A stretch of DNA of 63,622 bases, the filler included, from Asterionella formosa (Eukaryota): the NCBI GenBank assembly GCA_002256025.1. It is 27 parts of 27 records of this genome, joined end to end, with 100 filler letters (N's around TTAATTAATTAA, not from the genome) between each part and the next. Parts side by side here need not be neighbours in the genome. Positions count along the whole stretch, not along the records: positions 26,609 to 43,762 come from NKIB01004542.1; positions 43,863 to 44,931 come from NKIB01004543.1; positions 45,032 to 46,100 come from NKIB01004544.1; positions 46,201 to 47,269 come from NKIB01004545.1; positions 47,370 to 48,438 come from NKIB01004546.1; positions 48,539 to 49,607 come from NKIB01004547.1; 21 more parts are not named here. One strand, given 5' to 3'. Of the stretch, positions 35,279 to 49,707 are shown in pieces. The translations under genes and the position numbers were made by a program. Below the pieces are notes generated by a model. The model was not told the DNA's origin and ran no database searches. It worked only from the letters and a program-made list of their open reading frames with translations. Every line of letters starts with the position of its first letter. Positions within the stretch are counted from its first letter, which is position 1.

Positions 35279-37334
35279 ATGGCAAGAAACTTTCAAAGAA
35301 TTGTGTTCGTTGCTCTCTTCGTTGTGCAATGGACAACGGCGATAGGCAACAAGGAGTCTGCACCAGAAATTCCAGTTTCCTTGGTGTTTGAGCGACTGAG
35401 ATCGACCCCGTTACTTCGAAAAAGGGACCACGAAGATACTTCAAATAATAAAGCAGTAGAAAAAAGTGCATTACTGCGAAATAGCGAAGAGTCGAGATAT
35501 TTGGAATACGACCTTGTCATGAGCATGCCTTCTACTTCGCCCTCAGCTGACCCGTCACTGGTAAGTGTCACAATTGTATCACCGTGCTTCGAATGAATGG
35601 TTTGTGCATACATCTCATCGCCATTCCCTCTTTCTACAGCAACCATCACCTATTCCAACAATGGCTACAACGAATCCGCCTACCGTTGCTACTCCGGTCC
35701 CAACAGTGATTCCAACGAATCAGCCTACTCCGGCCCCTACGCCGAGCCCAACTATTTTTCCAACGAATCTGCCCATCGTTGTGTTTACTCCAGCCCCTAC
35801 ACCAAGCCCAACTGTATTTCCAACGAATTCACCATCTGAAGTACCTACTTCTATTCCGACATCTGGTCCAACGAATTTACCATCGGAAGTACCTACTGCT
35901 ATTCCAACAACAGATCCGACGAATTCACCAACGAATGGACCTACATTTAATCCAACAGTAGCTATATCCGAATTTCCTTCGGATTCACCTTCGCTGAGAC
36001 CAACCGTCAAACCTTCACCTAGACCTACTATTAGGCCAACAACTGTTTCGCCAACGGTTTCACCAACAAAGAAACCATCTCCCGCCCCCTCAACTGCATC
36101 TCCCACTTCGTCTCCAACAAAATCCCCTACATCAAAGCCAACAGCTTCACCAGTCACATCAGCGCCAACTATTTGTAATGGACTATCGCCTACCGAGCGA
36201 AGGGACTCTTTGTTTGCTATTGTTGAAACCATTTCACCGCCTGCTTTGGTCTTGGACAGGAATACAGACCAACACACAGCTTTTAGTTGGCTAGTGAACG
36301 TGGACCCACTGCAAGTTTGCCCTCAACAGATTTTGAATGTAGAGCAGCGTTACATTTTGTCGCTACTATATTACTCTACCAACGGCAACAGTTGGCTAGC
36401 ATGCAATGCACCCGATGCCCCTACTTTAGCTCCTTGTACCAACACTACCGCTTCTAGATATCTGAGCGGCGACAACGTCTGTAAATGGTTTGGAAGCACA
36501 TGCAATGCTGCAGGATTCTTGAGATCCCTCTCTATAGGTAGGTCCATTTAGCATACGAAGCTTCTTATGCACAAGCATTGTCCTCATTCATTTCTCTTTT
36601 TCCTTTCCCTGCCAGGTGATAACAATCTTGCCGGAAGCATTCCGAACGAGATAGTTTCTTTGTCGCTACTTGGAGATATAGACTTCGGTGGAAACTTGGA
36701 ACTCACAGGTACCATTCCAAAAGATATTGGAAATCTCACCGCATTGAAGGCAATAGTCATTGATAGTAATCATTTAACCGGAAGTGTCCCGGAGTCTTTA
36801 TACAAGGCTACAAAATTGATCACTGTTGACTTCGACACCAACAATATAACTGGAACTATTTCTTCGAACATCGGCAAGCTGACAGATCTGAACGTTTTCC
36901 AATTGAACGATAACGATATCAAAGGATCAATACCAACCGAGATCGGTCAGAATCTAGCTCTCAGTTTCCTTACTTTGGACGGCAACACCATCACTGGTAC
37001 CTTGCCCTCACAAATAGGTCTTACCGAACTAGAGGTCTTGACTCTTCACTATAACCAACTATCAGGGTCCCTTCCAACTCAGCTCGGCCAACTACAAAAA
37101 TCAAGTATTCTTTCATTATTTAACAATTCTTTCACTGGTACTATCCCTTCAGAAATCGGTCTTCTAACACAGCTTACGCGGCTATACTTTCATAATAACA
37201 AGTTCACTGGAACAATGCCACAAGAAATCTGCAACCTTCGAACTCTGGGGCTCAATCAGCTGTCGTCGGATTGTGCTGGCCCCAACCCAGCTGTCATATG
37301 TCCCCAGCCACTGTGTTGTACAGTGTGCTTTTAA
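35279..37334 (+). CDS. Secreted LRR protein with a mucin-like Pro/Thr/Ser stalk (3 exons)
   Basis: Signal peptide, PT repeats, QRYILSLLYYSTNG..W...CKWFG cap, LRRs and a DC...CCTVCF end. Introns at about 35561-35639 and 36538-36615. Confidence 0.9.
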
Positions 37335-37987
37335 ATGTTGCAGATCACAGGTGTTATTGTACTGTCTGAAAAAATTATTTGTATTTCTGAAAACCGTTGG
37401 CGAGAGGGCATCACAAGTCATAAAATAAAGTTCTATGATTCATAGAAAATGATGTGGACCCCATGAACTCTCAATCGGAACAAGTCAAAGATTTATTGAT
37501 TCTTAGATTGACACCAGCTTTGTGAGGGAGTAATTAGGGATCAGTACAGATCATATTTTATGATGTCTCAAATACAACATCTGCCATGTAAAATATAGGT
37601 CTGGATTCTAAAACATGCTTTCGCAATCTATCTCCGTGCTATAAAAAATAAAGCAGTAGTAGCCTAGGGTATTGGAACAACAGTAATTTGCTTCTTAAGA
37701 AATGTCCAGTCCAGAGCTTAAGTGGAAAAGGAATGAACCTTCTGAACTATGCATGATGTGGATGTGGGTGCAGTACTCGGGAGCACTGACAACCCGTCGT
37801 GTTGGTCACCTTCTACTATGACCCTTTCAAATCTCTCAGGTAAATCCTCTGACAAAACTCAGCAGTGACTTGGCCGACTATTCACCTTTCCCCCGAATGA
37901 GTTAAGAAAAGGATCCTACATAAGTCGAGTGCTAAAGTCTCCTTGCTTTGAAAACACTTTGATTAAGCACAATATCGCAATAACAAT

Positions 37988-39280
37988 TTACTCCCCTCCT
38001 AGAATTCGCAACAGAAAACCTCTGAGACCTTTTGTGTTTCGCTTCCCTAAATTGTCTTCCAATGGCGGTGGTTTCTTGAATCCCCTTGTGATAGCTACTC
38101 GGGTTTCCTCCAATGTTGCGTCGGGACCAAGTGGGCTCTTTGTTTGGAGCCGGCGATCTTTATAGAAAGTTGCAGCTCGTTTGTCGTCAGGAGGGCCATC
38201 TTTTGTTTGAAAATCACAAGCTAAAACAGTAATGCTCATTCCTTCCGTCATTGTTGGATCCACCAAAGCTCCAAAGATAATATTAGCGTTGTCATCGGCA
38301 TTTTCAAAAATAACTTCTGATGCTTCGTGGATCTCTTGAAGGCCCATGTCTGGTCCACCTACAATATTGAAGACGATTCGTCGAGCCTTGCGAATTGGAA
38401 AATCAAGAAGGGGGGATGAAATAGCTGCAATGGCGGCATCAGTTGCTCTCGTCTTTCCAACCCCGGTTCCAACTCCCATGAGGGCAGATCCCGCATCCTT
38501 CATCACTGTTCGGACATCAGCAAAATCTACATTAACAATACCAGTCTTGAGGATAATTTCAGAAATACCAACAACTCCCTGTCGAAGAATATCGTCAGCG
38601 ACCAAAAATGCGTCCGTAACTGGCGTGTTTTCTGGAACGATTTGCAGGAGCTTATCATTCGAAACAATAATGAGCGTATCGACGTGCTTGCGCAATTCGT
38701 CAATCGCCAGCTCTGCTTGCTGCTGTCGACGCTTGCCCTCGAACTGAAACGGCTTTGTAACCACTCCTACAGTCAAGCATCCACAGTCCCTCGAAATCTC
38801 AGCCAGCACAGGGGCAGCTCCCGATCCGGTTCCTCCGCCCATTCCTGCCGTGATGAATACCATATCACTGCCCTCGCAAAGTTTCTTCAACTCTTTGTAA
38901 TTCTCCTTGGCTGCCTCTGCACCTACCTTTGGATCACCTCCTGCCCCCAATCCTCTGGTCAGTTGTCTTCCAATGTTTAGCTTGTTTGTTGCCAAACTCT
39001 TGCTGAGAGCTTGCGCATCTGTATTGACAGCCCAGAAGCTGACTCCTTCAATTCCGGTCGAAATCATTCGATTGACTGCATTTCCACCTCCGCCTCCAAC
39101 GCCAATCACCTGGATTAAACATGGAGGAGCCAGGTTCGGAACTTCCTTGTTATTATCTTCCCTGGTCGAGTAAAGCTTCGGATAGTGATCGTTCAGCGGT
39201 GATCTTATGAAAAATGCCGACGTCGATGATGACAGTGATAGAAGCAGGCCTAAAATACAACGAGAAACAATCTGAATCAT
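37988..39280 (-). CDS. ftsZ: Plastid division protein FtsZ, nucleus-encoded
   Basis: IQVIGVGGGGGNAVNRM, GMGGGTGSG and NVDFADV motifs; bipartite presequence with an SSTSA-FF cleavage site. Confidence 0.97.
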   Translation of the reverse strand: MIQIVSRCILGLLLSLSSSTSAFFIRSPLNDHYPKLYSTREDNNKEVPNLAPPCLIQVIGVGGGGGNAVNRMISTGIEGVSFWAVNTDAQALSKSLATNKLNIGRQLTRGLGAGGDPKVGAEAAKENYKELKKLCEGSDMVFITAGMGGGTGSGAAPVLAEISRDCGCLTVGVVTKPFQFEGKRRQQQAELAIDELRKHVDTLIIVSNDKLLQIVPENTPVTDAFLVADDILRQGVVGISEIILKTGIVNVDFADVRTVMKDAGSALMGVGTGVGKTRATDAAIAAISSPLLDFPIRKARRIVFNIVGGPDMGLQEIHEASEVIFENADDNANIIFGALVDPTMTEGMSITVLACDFQTKDGPPDDKRAATFYKDRRLQTKSPLGPDATLEETRVAITRGFKKPPPLEDNLGKRNTKGLRGFLLRILGGE

Positions 39281-39637
39281 TGTCGCTGCTTACTATCTCC
39301 TGCAATTCGACTGACTTAAACCCTTTTTCGTTCCGACCTGACCGGTTGTAAGAAGATCAGGGGCGACAAACAGGCTGCCAGGAGAAAGCTACTTTCCAAA
39401 ATCAGTTCAATTAAAACGTCAAAGAATGCAAAATCTCCATTTTCCATGCAAGAGCGCAACAACAACAATGCACGGTACCCCTGTTACATGGTACCTTGTA
39501 CGTACCTGGTACCACGTGGTACCTGGTAACAATATTTGCATGCTGGGTTTTATTACCTGATTGAAATCTATTTTGTAACATCGTACGTACCTTGTACAAA
39601 TATGTTTTACTGTGTTCGTTAGTTACTACATTAACTG

Positions 39638-39698
39638 GTACCACGTACCACGTACCACGTACCACGTACCACGTACCACGTACCACGTACCACGTACC
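39638..39698. repeat. (GTACCAC)n heptamer array, about 8 copies
   Basis: Directly visible between the divergent ftsZ and MOB1 genes. Confidence 0.95.
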
Positions 39699-40172
39699 AG
39701 GTCCCAGTAACGCCAGGTTGTGTGCCCTTGGAAAACACGCACCTCGGCCGGTCGTGAACGCAGCCTCACCTCAGTAAGATTGTTGCACCTGGTACATACC
39801 AGGATCATGGTATTTTTTGCATTACGACAGCAACCTGGTAAAGATTCATGTCCATAATTGTATATGTACATGTAAACTCTAGCAGTACTACCGGTACTCT
39901 ACTTCACATGGAAATACAGCATAATACCGGTACCAGGTACCGGAATATCAATTTACGAACAAAGATGATAAATAGAAACGGGCTACTACGTCACTCATGA
40001 ATGGGTCGGCGCGGCTCGTTGAAACATAGGCACACGACGCACGACACGCACACCCCGCCGACCAACAACACAAAATGGCTTAAAGAAAAAGCAGCCAATC
40101 GTCTCGTCGTCAACGGACCGATATGGCAATCATAATCGAAGGCTTAGCTTGTTTCACACAGTATTGACTTTC

Positions 40173-41013
40173 ATGTCCTCCAAAATGCAGTCATCCTCAG
40201 GAACGTTTCAGCCCTTGAGGCATCGGAGCGGAACGATGAGAGATAGATTGCATGCATACACGAAGCGAACGCTTGGAGCTGGAGGGTCTATCAACGAAGC
40301 AGTACGTGCGAATTTTCTAGCGCGGTCGTTTCGTGGGTTTGCGCGTCCACTAACTTTTGTTTTCTTCGTCAGGTCGCCTTGCCTCCTGGAGAGTCATGTG
40401 CTGGTTGGGTCGCTGTGCATGCCATAGACTTTTACAATGATGTGTCGACTATCTGGGCTGTCATGGCTAGCGATCCATATCTGGCCAGTTTCAGACCCGG
40501 CGAAGGTTTCCCGAGTGGTGTTGAATATAGGTGGTCGGATGGAGGCGAGGCTGTTTCTGTAAGCGCTCCTGTGTACATTGAAAAGGTTCTTGGCTGGATC
40601 GGTAAGCTCAAAACTGCGCCAGCATTAGTTCGAGTTGCCCCGACTTTCTCAACTCTATTTTGTCACTGACTGCCCTTGACTCTCGTATTGTAGCCGACCA
40701 AATGAATGACCCCAACAAGTTTCCCGATGACGAAGATGACGAAGTATCTCTACGAGTTTTTCAAACACCCCAATTCGCGGCTCTATGCGGTCAAATTTTC
40801 AGGCGCTGCTTTCGCGTGTATGGTATTATTTATTCTAGTTTCTTCGGGACCCTGGAAGCATTGGATATGGCCCCGCATCTGAACACATGCTTCAAGCACT
40901 TTTTGTTTTTTTGCACAGAGTTCGGGCTCTTACCAGAAAGAGAGATGGAGCCTCTTGAAGTTTTGGTGAAACCTATACGAAAGCAATATCACGCTGCCAA
41001 GCAAGGCAAGTGA
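40173..41013 (+). CDS. MOB1: MOB1/phocein-family kinase activator (3 exons)
   Basis: TLGAGGSINEA|VALPPGE...WVAVHAIDFYN, EYRWSDG, SAPVYI, FPDD, IFRRCFRVYG, HLNTCFKHF..F..EFGL. The start codon is uncertain. Confidence 0.88.
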
Positions 41014-43511
41014 GATGACCTGTCATGTTCGTTCCCTGCGATCCATCGAAATTGAGACTCGGGAACATACATTGGACAACGATCTGTAATTGAATCTATC
41101 TGAGCGGATCATGAGAAGTTATCTCACCTTAGTCTATTGGTAGTTTCTTCTCGCTTTCATATCATGATGGTGGTTCTGAAAGTTAGACTATAGGAATCAT
41201 GTTGTACACGCGCGAACAAATACCGGCATTCAGAGAGGAGCGACTAGCAAATAAGTAGACGATAGTCTGTAACAGTCTGAGATGTGAAGTTACATCACAT
41301 ATGCAGACAGGTCATGAAACGTACTGCTAATGATACATTCCACTCAACGATTTTATTCAGCTTCAATCATGAATCACCTCATCATGGCTTCTTCCTCATC
41401 TCCTAGTGTGCAAATTATCATGTCACGCCTGCTCAAGGATGTCAACTTAAACAAAACCCCGTCATGACAGGCTAAAGTGACAAGCAAGATTACAATGGGT
41501 TACACATGGAGCATTTGTCAATATTGATTGTCCAATTCCTTTGTCTCATGCTTCTCATCTTCACCCTCATTCATAACAGGTTACAGCCCAAGCCAACCTC
41601 AATTGCAACCATCATCACCACATTTGCTTTTGCATTGTCGCGTTTATTTCATCACCTGATCAACGTACTGTTGTATACACAGTTTGTTACTACATGATAT
41701 CGTGAGAAAACAAGTGGCTTTATTGCATTTCATGAAGCGGAGCGACATTTTCTAATTCTCATCATTGACCACATGGTCATTCAGTGAGCATCCACATATT
41801 AATCTCCCTATCATTATATGTTCATAACTGTTCCTCGTTAGCCTAAGGGCCGTTCTTATCATTTTTTTGTGTATTGCGGAATTTGAAAATGTATCAGCAA
41901 TAATGGCAACTCGATTTGATCTGAATTTTATTCATTCCAAAAGTGACACTGTATCACTAATTTGTGATCACAGTGTATCATGAAGTAACACAAATCTTCA
42001 ACAGTGACTGGCCGGCAAAGATCATGAGTATATAATCCTGCAAATTGATGCAAAACTTGAGCAATAATAATCTTGTTGAGGGCACAATATCTCAAAATGG
42101 AAAAAAATTCCTCAAATGAATAATTTTGTACTGAGTTTCATGTTCACACTAACTGTCGTAATTCGTATATCTATGGAATCTTGATTAGGTCATTTGCATT
42201 ATAATATAGAGGACATAAATATAGACATTCAACATTACACTGCTTGTCCTTTCCATGAATAGTCATGAATTCCCTGACTGATGGTTTGTGCATTTTCGGA
42301 AACTTAAATGCAAAATTTGGAGTCATTCTTTCAGCCAGGAGTTGCTTGATGGAGGGACAGCGTCCAAGAGTGAGGTTTTCGCCACCCTGGACTTTATTTT
42401 CTTTCCTCGTGTCTTCCCAGGCACAAGTGCGATTAATAGTCTAGCTAGTTTTAACATTCTATAAAATTTTATTTAACCCGCCCCCTCAGCTGGCTGGTAC
42501 AGCACAGCTTGCTCCCCCAGGCAATCCCAAGCGCTTGTCTCCTTGGCACAATCGTGTGACCCTTGTCTCATTTCATAAATGCCCATCAACCTACCCTGGC
42601 CTCATCTACCCTTCACTGGGCCACACAAAAATTCGCAATTCTGCAAATTAAGAGTTCATGGTTTTCCAGGTCCCTACATGCACAGGAAACAAAAGTTTCA
42701 TGTATTGGCAATTTTTGGTTTGTTTAAAACCGGTTTTCTTCCTCCAAATCCAGCCAGGCATATTTCGTATTGGGTGTCACAACATTTTCCAACACAAAGT
42801 ATCAGTCTATTTCATTGTATTGGCAAAAGCACGGATTCGCAATCCGAAGAACAAAGTTAGCCAATAGCTACAAGGTCAACCTACAGCCATCGCGATTCAT
42901 CTCCTTTTGTTTTATGTGATCATAGATTGGGTTATATGCAGGTTCTGTTGTCAGGGGACTGTATTCTGCTTTGAAATACTAGATCATTGTAAAGTCGTTT
43001 TTCACTATTCTGACAGTATTGAATAAATCGTGAAATGCCGATGTAGGCGACACATGTAGGATATTCTCCGAAACCGTCGTATGTTAGGGGAAGGGGTCTG
43101 CCATGGTGGGAAGGAGGTGCATTTTACCAGAGCGCAACCTACCAGGTAGACTCAACTGTAGACTCCTGGTACACTGTAATTGGTACCAGTAGTACCTGTA
43201 GTTAGTAACTTAGTACATGGTACCGATATGCTGTAGTTTCGCATTCCACGTCTGAGGAATTATGCATCTTGTATTGGCTTCCATTACAAGGTATTTTCGT
43301 TTCCTGTGCATTGTAAACTGCCGTCATCACCAACACAACGCGACTAAAGTGGCATAGAAATGTACCGTATGACTATTTATTTATGCTGTACATACAAATG
43401 GTTATACCAGGTAGCCTATCGTAGCCCTCCCCCATCAAGGAGGAGTACTGGTACCGGTATTACGAACGTACCCGAAAATAAATCAACTCTCAGCGCAACC
43501 TTTTATGGCCA

Positions 43512-43762
43512 TACATATAGTCGTAGCTGTGTACTGCACTGGTAGTTAACTAGCCCCTTCGACAAAGCTCGCGATGTACATATACCGGTACTTGAGTACA
43601 GGGTAGACTGGGTACCTGGTACCAGGTACCAGTACATATAGTCGTAGCTTTGTTGTGCACCGGCACCTTCGACAAAAAAGCTATGTAGCGATGTACCGGT
43701 ACTCGTTTAGACTGGGTACCTGGTACCAGGTACCTGGCACATAAAGTCGTCGCTATGTAGTG
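43512..43762. repeat. Imperfect ~105-120-bp tandem repeat (about 2.2 copies) rich in GGTACC
   Basis: ACATATAGTCGTAGCT...CCTTCGACAAA...GCGATGTAC...TAGACTGGGTACCTGGTACCAGGTACC is repeated. Confidence 0.8.
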
Positions 43763-43862
43763 NNNNNNNNNNNNNNNNNNNNNNNNNNNNNNNNNNNNNN
43801 NNNNNNTTAATTAATTAANNNNNNNNNNNNNNNNNNNNNNNNNNNNNNNNNNNNNNNNNNNN

Positions 43863-44931
43863 CATTTGACAATAAGTGAGCATCTGATTCACTTGTCAAT
43901 AAGTAAACATCTCCAGTCATTTGTCAATAAGTAGTTGAAACACATAGAGATTCCTGATTCCAGATCAGGTTATGAGTGTCAATATATTTCCGCCTCTAGT
44001 GACCTGATTAGGAACATGTACCACAATCCACTAGATGATTGATTCAAGATCACATGGTTAAATATCGCGTGTAAAATGCCACAGTTGAGAGAGGAACTTT
44101 CAGGAGAAGTTCTCTCTAACCTGTTAATTGGACTCTAGAAGACGATCAGACCTAGAGGCCAAATCAATAAATGATTGACTAGACAATTACAGATATGTCC
44201 GCAACATCAAGGAACATTAAAGAAGCAAACTAGATATGATCTAGTTATGATTAAAAGGATCATTCTGTAAGCAGTCTTCGATCAAACAGCATCTGGCCTA
44301 AGTTGAGACAGGCCAAGATTAAGACAAATGTGTATTGAGGAAGAGGATGTAGTTTATTCTCAGTTCAAGTTGGGAACACAAATGAACCTCGCCTCCGAAG
44401 ATCACCTCTATTTGGAAACATGCATGAGCTTGGAAGTTTCAAAATTATACATTCAAATTTACATTTACATTAAGCTCACTCTTTTATAAAAACAATAATT
44501 AGCAAACAAAGTAAAACAAACAAATTGTGTAGAAACATTTTTCTAGCAAATTTTACTGCGTGAGAGCTACAGATACGTAGCATCTATCAACTGGTTATTG
44601 AGCCCAACACGCTCGTAGCTAAATTGTTCTTACACAACAAGGTTCGTTACACGACAAGGTTGTGAGAGTCAGGCAAGAGATCGCGTTCGACTTGTAGCCC
44701 TGTACATAGGCACGCGAAATAGCAAGCACTGCATCAGCGCCTCTGCTATTCAAGGTAACAACACAGACGTACTCTTCGTGAAGTGTGTCGTTCTAAGTTT
44801 CTTCAGGGTGCTGTTCGAACACAACAGCTTGAACTAAGAACTTCAACAAGCGACAACTCACCACGATCATACTTAACGACGATGACGCAAGCAACGAAGT
44901 TTGGACACGTCACGCCCGAGGGGTTACGATA
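43863..44931 (+). mobile_element. Probable copia 5' LTR, primer-binding site and gag start
   Basis: CAA-CTGGTTATTGAGCCCA at about 44590-44606 resembles the copia half-tRNA-iMet PBS (TGGTTATGGGCCCA). ATG at about 44882; short ~27-bp repeats at 43863-43932. Confidence 0.5.
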
Positions 44932-45031
44932 NNNNNNNNNNNNNNNNNNNNNNNNNNNNNNNNNNNNNNNNNNNNTTAATTAATTAANNNNNNNNNNNNN
45001 NNNNNNNNNNNNNNNNNNNNNNNNNNNNNNN

Positions 45032-46100
45032 CTTGTAGTGCCTTATTGTGCAGCAATGGACGACATGACAGAAATGACGAAAACAAGTGAGCTGCCTTAT
45101 GAAACCGACCGGAAACAATGTTTGGAGAAAGTGTCAAGGGTAATTTGTGACAAGCTCAAGAGTGTAACAACGATGCGTTGTCAACAAAGTGGTGGGAATG
45201 TTGTAGCATCGATGAGGAACAGTGCATTGCTATCTCATTCCGAAAGGCTCGAACTCGCTGAAAAGGATGCGGGAATACTCGAAATAAGGCAAAGAGGTGC
45301 TGCTACTAATGCAGTCGTATCTGTTGACCGCAGTATGAAGTGCTTGACAAAGTCCGATCCTGCGGAAGAATCACTTATCCATGAACTTGCACTTTTATGT
45401 GCTGAATCCATGAAGAATTCTACCATGCCGGACTTTGCCGTTGTCAACAAATTAGCCACTCCCGAGCTTCACGCTTTTCTCAAACGTCGAGAACATGTTT
45501 CTCTGCTCACTGCAACTTGGAAGGAGTCATTGGTCATGAGGGATTCATATTATTATTTCGACAAAGTATTATCAGAGGCGTTGTCAAGAAATCGCTTAAT
45601 AAGTGTCGGAGGATCTAAGAATAACCCTGTGCACATTGATCTATATGATGACGAAGGAACAACTGGTTCGTCATCAGACAAAAGCGTTGCTGATTTTTCT
45701 ACTGTTCACGCCAACAAGGATTCTTCAAAGAAATTAAATGGTCACGGACCCCGACAGATTTTCAAATTGGCGCAGAATTTTCCGAGAGAAGACCAAGAGA
45801 ATCAAATGAATGGAGCGTTAGAATCGTCAAATCACTCTGAGAATTGGTTGGAAGACCTGGCGTACCTTGTCGAAAAATCCATCTCGCTTCATAAAAATGC
45901 AGTCCTTGGGTGGATCAAGGATCATGCCACTCCCAGACTTTGGGATCTCATTGAGTTGATGGAATTGCATCATCCTGACTTAAATAAGGACTGCTGGATG
46001 TCTATGCTAGTCCCTACAGGAGACTGGGATTACTTCAGAAGCCTTCGCGAAGTTGCTACAAATAAAGTGAATTTGGAGAAACAAACACTTTCTAATCACC
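45032..46100 (+). CDS. Hypothetical protein, internal fragment
   Basis: Open frame across the whole contig; no motif recognised. Confidence 0.6.
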
Positions 46101-47369
46101 NNNNNNNNNNNNNNNNNNNNNNNNNNNNNNNNNNNNNNNNNNNNTTAATTAATTAANNNNNNNNNNNNNNNNNNNNNNNNNNNNNNNNNNNNNNNNNNNN
46201 ATGTGGATTAGATGATGGCAGTAACGACGAGCAATGAGACGCAGTGGAGCTCCTCGGGTTCACCAACCGAAACCAAGCAGTAATTGTTTGGATTGTTCTA
46301 CCAGGTACCAGGTACCTGGTATCCCCTGCATGGCTAATTTACTACCGGTCTATAGTAACCACAGTCCTGGTTTGCCGGTAGACTAGCGGGGCACTCCGTA
46401 CAAGCCAATGATAAAAGTGCATTTGCTTGCCGCTACTGGGCATTATGGATAAATAGCTACCGGCATTCTGATGTAACAAATATATATTCATACTCGTATA
46501 TATTTCCTATGCAGTCTGTAGTCTGTTCCACATATAATCGACCTTCAGGTCACTCTGCTGTCTTATCTTGTGCATGGTACCTGGTACCAGGTACCAGGTA
46601 GTAAGTGTAGTTAGTATACCGGTAGATAGCTTCCACTATGATTACCGGTACCAGTAGTAAGTACTACATAAATATACAGAGCGACATACTCAGCATATCC
46701 GTATGAATGAGCATAACGGTACATACCCCACATTTCAGACGTGCGTCGCTATCCGTTATGTCAACAGGTCCCTGGTACCAGGTACTGGTACCCAAAGTAA
46801 TCATGTGCGTTGAGTTCGTTCACCTACCATACCTGGTACCAGGTACCGCAACAACCGGCAGGAAGACCAGTAATTTCTTTTGTAGCGTACTGGTATATAC
46901 TCCGTACCAAACTGAGATACTTAGAGCATTAGCTAAGCAAATACACATAAATGTACGTACATGTACCGACTATCAAGGGGCCATCATATAGATATAAATA
47001 TAAAGTATGATCGATGCTTCGGCGGGTCAAATACAGGTATGAAGCTGATATAAAAAGAAAATGAATGAAGAAAGACACTAAAATTTTCTATATATCCATA
47101 CCGTCATTTGTATGTAGCATAGATGCAATGATGTTTGTTATTCATTCTTTTGTATCACTCCCTCATTCGAAATCCGACCATCCACAGCCCTTTCCTGCCA
47201 TGGTGACAACGAAAGCCAGTCCCTTACACAAAGGCATCAATGGCATCCAATTGCTCATTGTTCTCTCTCNNNNNNNNNNNNNNNNNNNNNNNNNNNNNNN
47301 NNNNNNNNNNNNNTTAATTAATTAANNNNNNNNNNNNNNNNNNNNNNNNNNNNNNNNNNNNNNNNNNNN

Positions 47370-48438
47370 CATGAAAAATTCTGTTCTGGATCTAGGTGGA
47401 ATTTTCTGTGATCCCAATAATGAATTTGCTGCCAAAATATTCCAGACGCTTTTGTCAGTTCTCGAGGCCCTACCATGGCAGACAGATACATCCTCATCCA
47501 GAAACTTAAGCTATACGCTTGTCTGAGATCTCTTATTAGCCATGCCTACAAACGCTGGCGTTTCAAGCATTATGCGGTCAAGTGCAGGTGTTGGTGATGA
47601 TTCGATGTTGGTTGACTCAACAAATATTTGGGCATCATTGTTCAACCACTGCAATTTCCAGAAATCAGTTTCTATCATGCAAGCAACTGAGTCATTTTTG
47701 CAGCCAGCCCCTAAGGTTTTATCCATTTTACCCTCAAACAAAATTGGCAAGTTCGAGAGAGTAATGAAATTGGACTCCAAAGCGTTTAGAAGGGGGGGTT
47801 CATAGATTTGGGTGGATTTACATCCATGATCGAATTCTTTTCCGGTACAGGTGCAACAATTAGTGTGGACCAAACGCGTTGTCGAATGGCCAACGCAGCG
47901 GCCCTTCGGATTCTAATATGTTATCTTTTTGGAAACATAGGGTCGACTTCACTTCCTCTTGAGAAGACAAGTGATTTTGATTTAGATGAGGTGGGTGTCA
48001 AACTTTTAGAATCACTATCTAGTGCTGAAGGTCTTTTGCGCAATCTTACTGCCATGGTTGTTTTTGACGAGGGAATTTCGACTTCAACAATTTCAGACTT
48101 CTTGAAGTTTCTCCGTTTCTTATTTTGGTCAACAAAAACGTCTAAAACGTTCATAGTTTTGCCTAATCGAATGGCTGAAAATTTTGTTATAACGCTTGTG
48201 CTGTGGGAAGGTGGTCCGGAGAGTGCTCGATCCAGCTCTGCAATGAGCACGACGTCGAAGATTAGGATGAAAACACATGATTTCGTTCTTTCTATTCCGT
48301 TGCTTGCCAAACATGCCCTGCCGTGGTTGATAAATGCTTTGGACTCCGTTGATGTGGCATCGGATACCACTTCTAAATATTTTGATGTTTTGAAAAAAAT
48401 TGTTTCCAACAATGAAACGAACCGGTCTGTGATTAAGG
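47370..48438 (+). pseudogene. Interrupted coding-like sequence of unknown function
   Basis: Protein-like frame broken by TGA at about 47524 and by a stop/frame change near 47805. Confidence 0.4.
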
Positions 48439-49707
48439 NNNNNNNNNNNNNNNNNNNNNNNNNNNNNNNNNNNNNNNNNNNNTTAATTAATTAANNNNNN
48501 NNNNNNNNNNNNNNNNNNNNNNNNNNNNNNNNNNNNNNATCTAAGCATATGGAAAGGTTGCATATTGGTGAAAGCTCCGTTTAGCGATATACATTTATGT
48601 TTCACTCGTAAGAAGTGTGTGTTTGAGTTCTCTGACTCAATATTATTTTTTAACCCTACCTCTAAACTAGGGTTGAAATACAGGAACCTTAAGCAAAATC
48701 ACCGCAACTTGCAGATAAGGGATACGCATGTTCCATAACAAGCAGGCTAAGCCAAAGACAGTATTAGAATAATTGTTTCAAAGAAGATTTTATAGTACAG
48801 GAAAACTTAACTAATAATTCCACTTGTGCCACAGGGGGTTGAACACGAGGGAATAGAAATTATGGATGGCGAAAACGTACCCTGCTGGGGCATTGGCTTT
48901 CCAAGGTTTCTTCCAATCTTTGAGTAAGGCGAAGCCAAGCTCTATCACTAAGGAGAGTTTCCGATTTGGGATCCCACATGAGAAGCAAGTCAAGTGACGT
49001 TTCGACCGTGCAGATAGTATTAGAATAGCCATAAAATAGAAGTTCAGCTTTGTTAATGATAAGGCTCTATTCAACAGAACCATTATATCTTTTCTTTACC
49101 CTCTTTGTTGCTCTTGATGTTGCAGCTCTATTTGTTGCGTCCTGTGCCAACTTCCTCGCCTTGCACCGCTCTTTGCCCTTCCCGTGGCGTTCCGTCGCTC
49201 AACGCCTCTGCTCTCCTCATTGTAGCCTTGTACAACACTGCAGACCGCAAAGTCATGCTGAATGAATATTCAGCAATTCGTTTCGCAAAGTTATTTGAGT
49301 CAATAAATGTTTCTTGAATTTCTTTTTAAACGTCTTTGTGTATACATGAATAGTTCATTGGAACAATTTGACTTCTGGCTTCTATTGTTTGCTACAGACA
49401 ACAACAACCACAAAAGGAACAATAAAGTGATTGATATGCGAGGAGGTCCAAACGATTCTTGATGAATAACATATGATATAATAATGTTATGACGTGATTT
49501 AAACCCGAGTAGCTGGTACCGGTAATTATAGTATCAACAAAAGTATTAAAAAATAGTTTTTGTGGAAAAAATCAAATAAAATAAACACGGCCGGTTTGGG
49601 TGAAAAANNNNNNNNNNNNNNNNNNNNNNNNNNNNNNNNNNNNNNNNNNNNTTAATTAATTAANNNNNNNNNNNNNNNNNNNNNNNNNNNNNNNNNNNNN
49701 NNNNNNN

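Noticed and set aside
37988..39280. ftsZ as bacterial contamination or recent HGT
   Set aside because: It has a bipartite plastid presequence and lies among intron-containing genes; it is the expected endosymbiont-derived gene.
41844..41870. TAA-GGGCCGTTC as a PIF/Harbinger terminus
   Set aside because: I found no matching inverted partner by eye.
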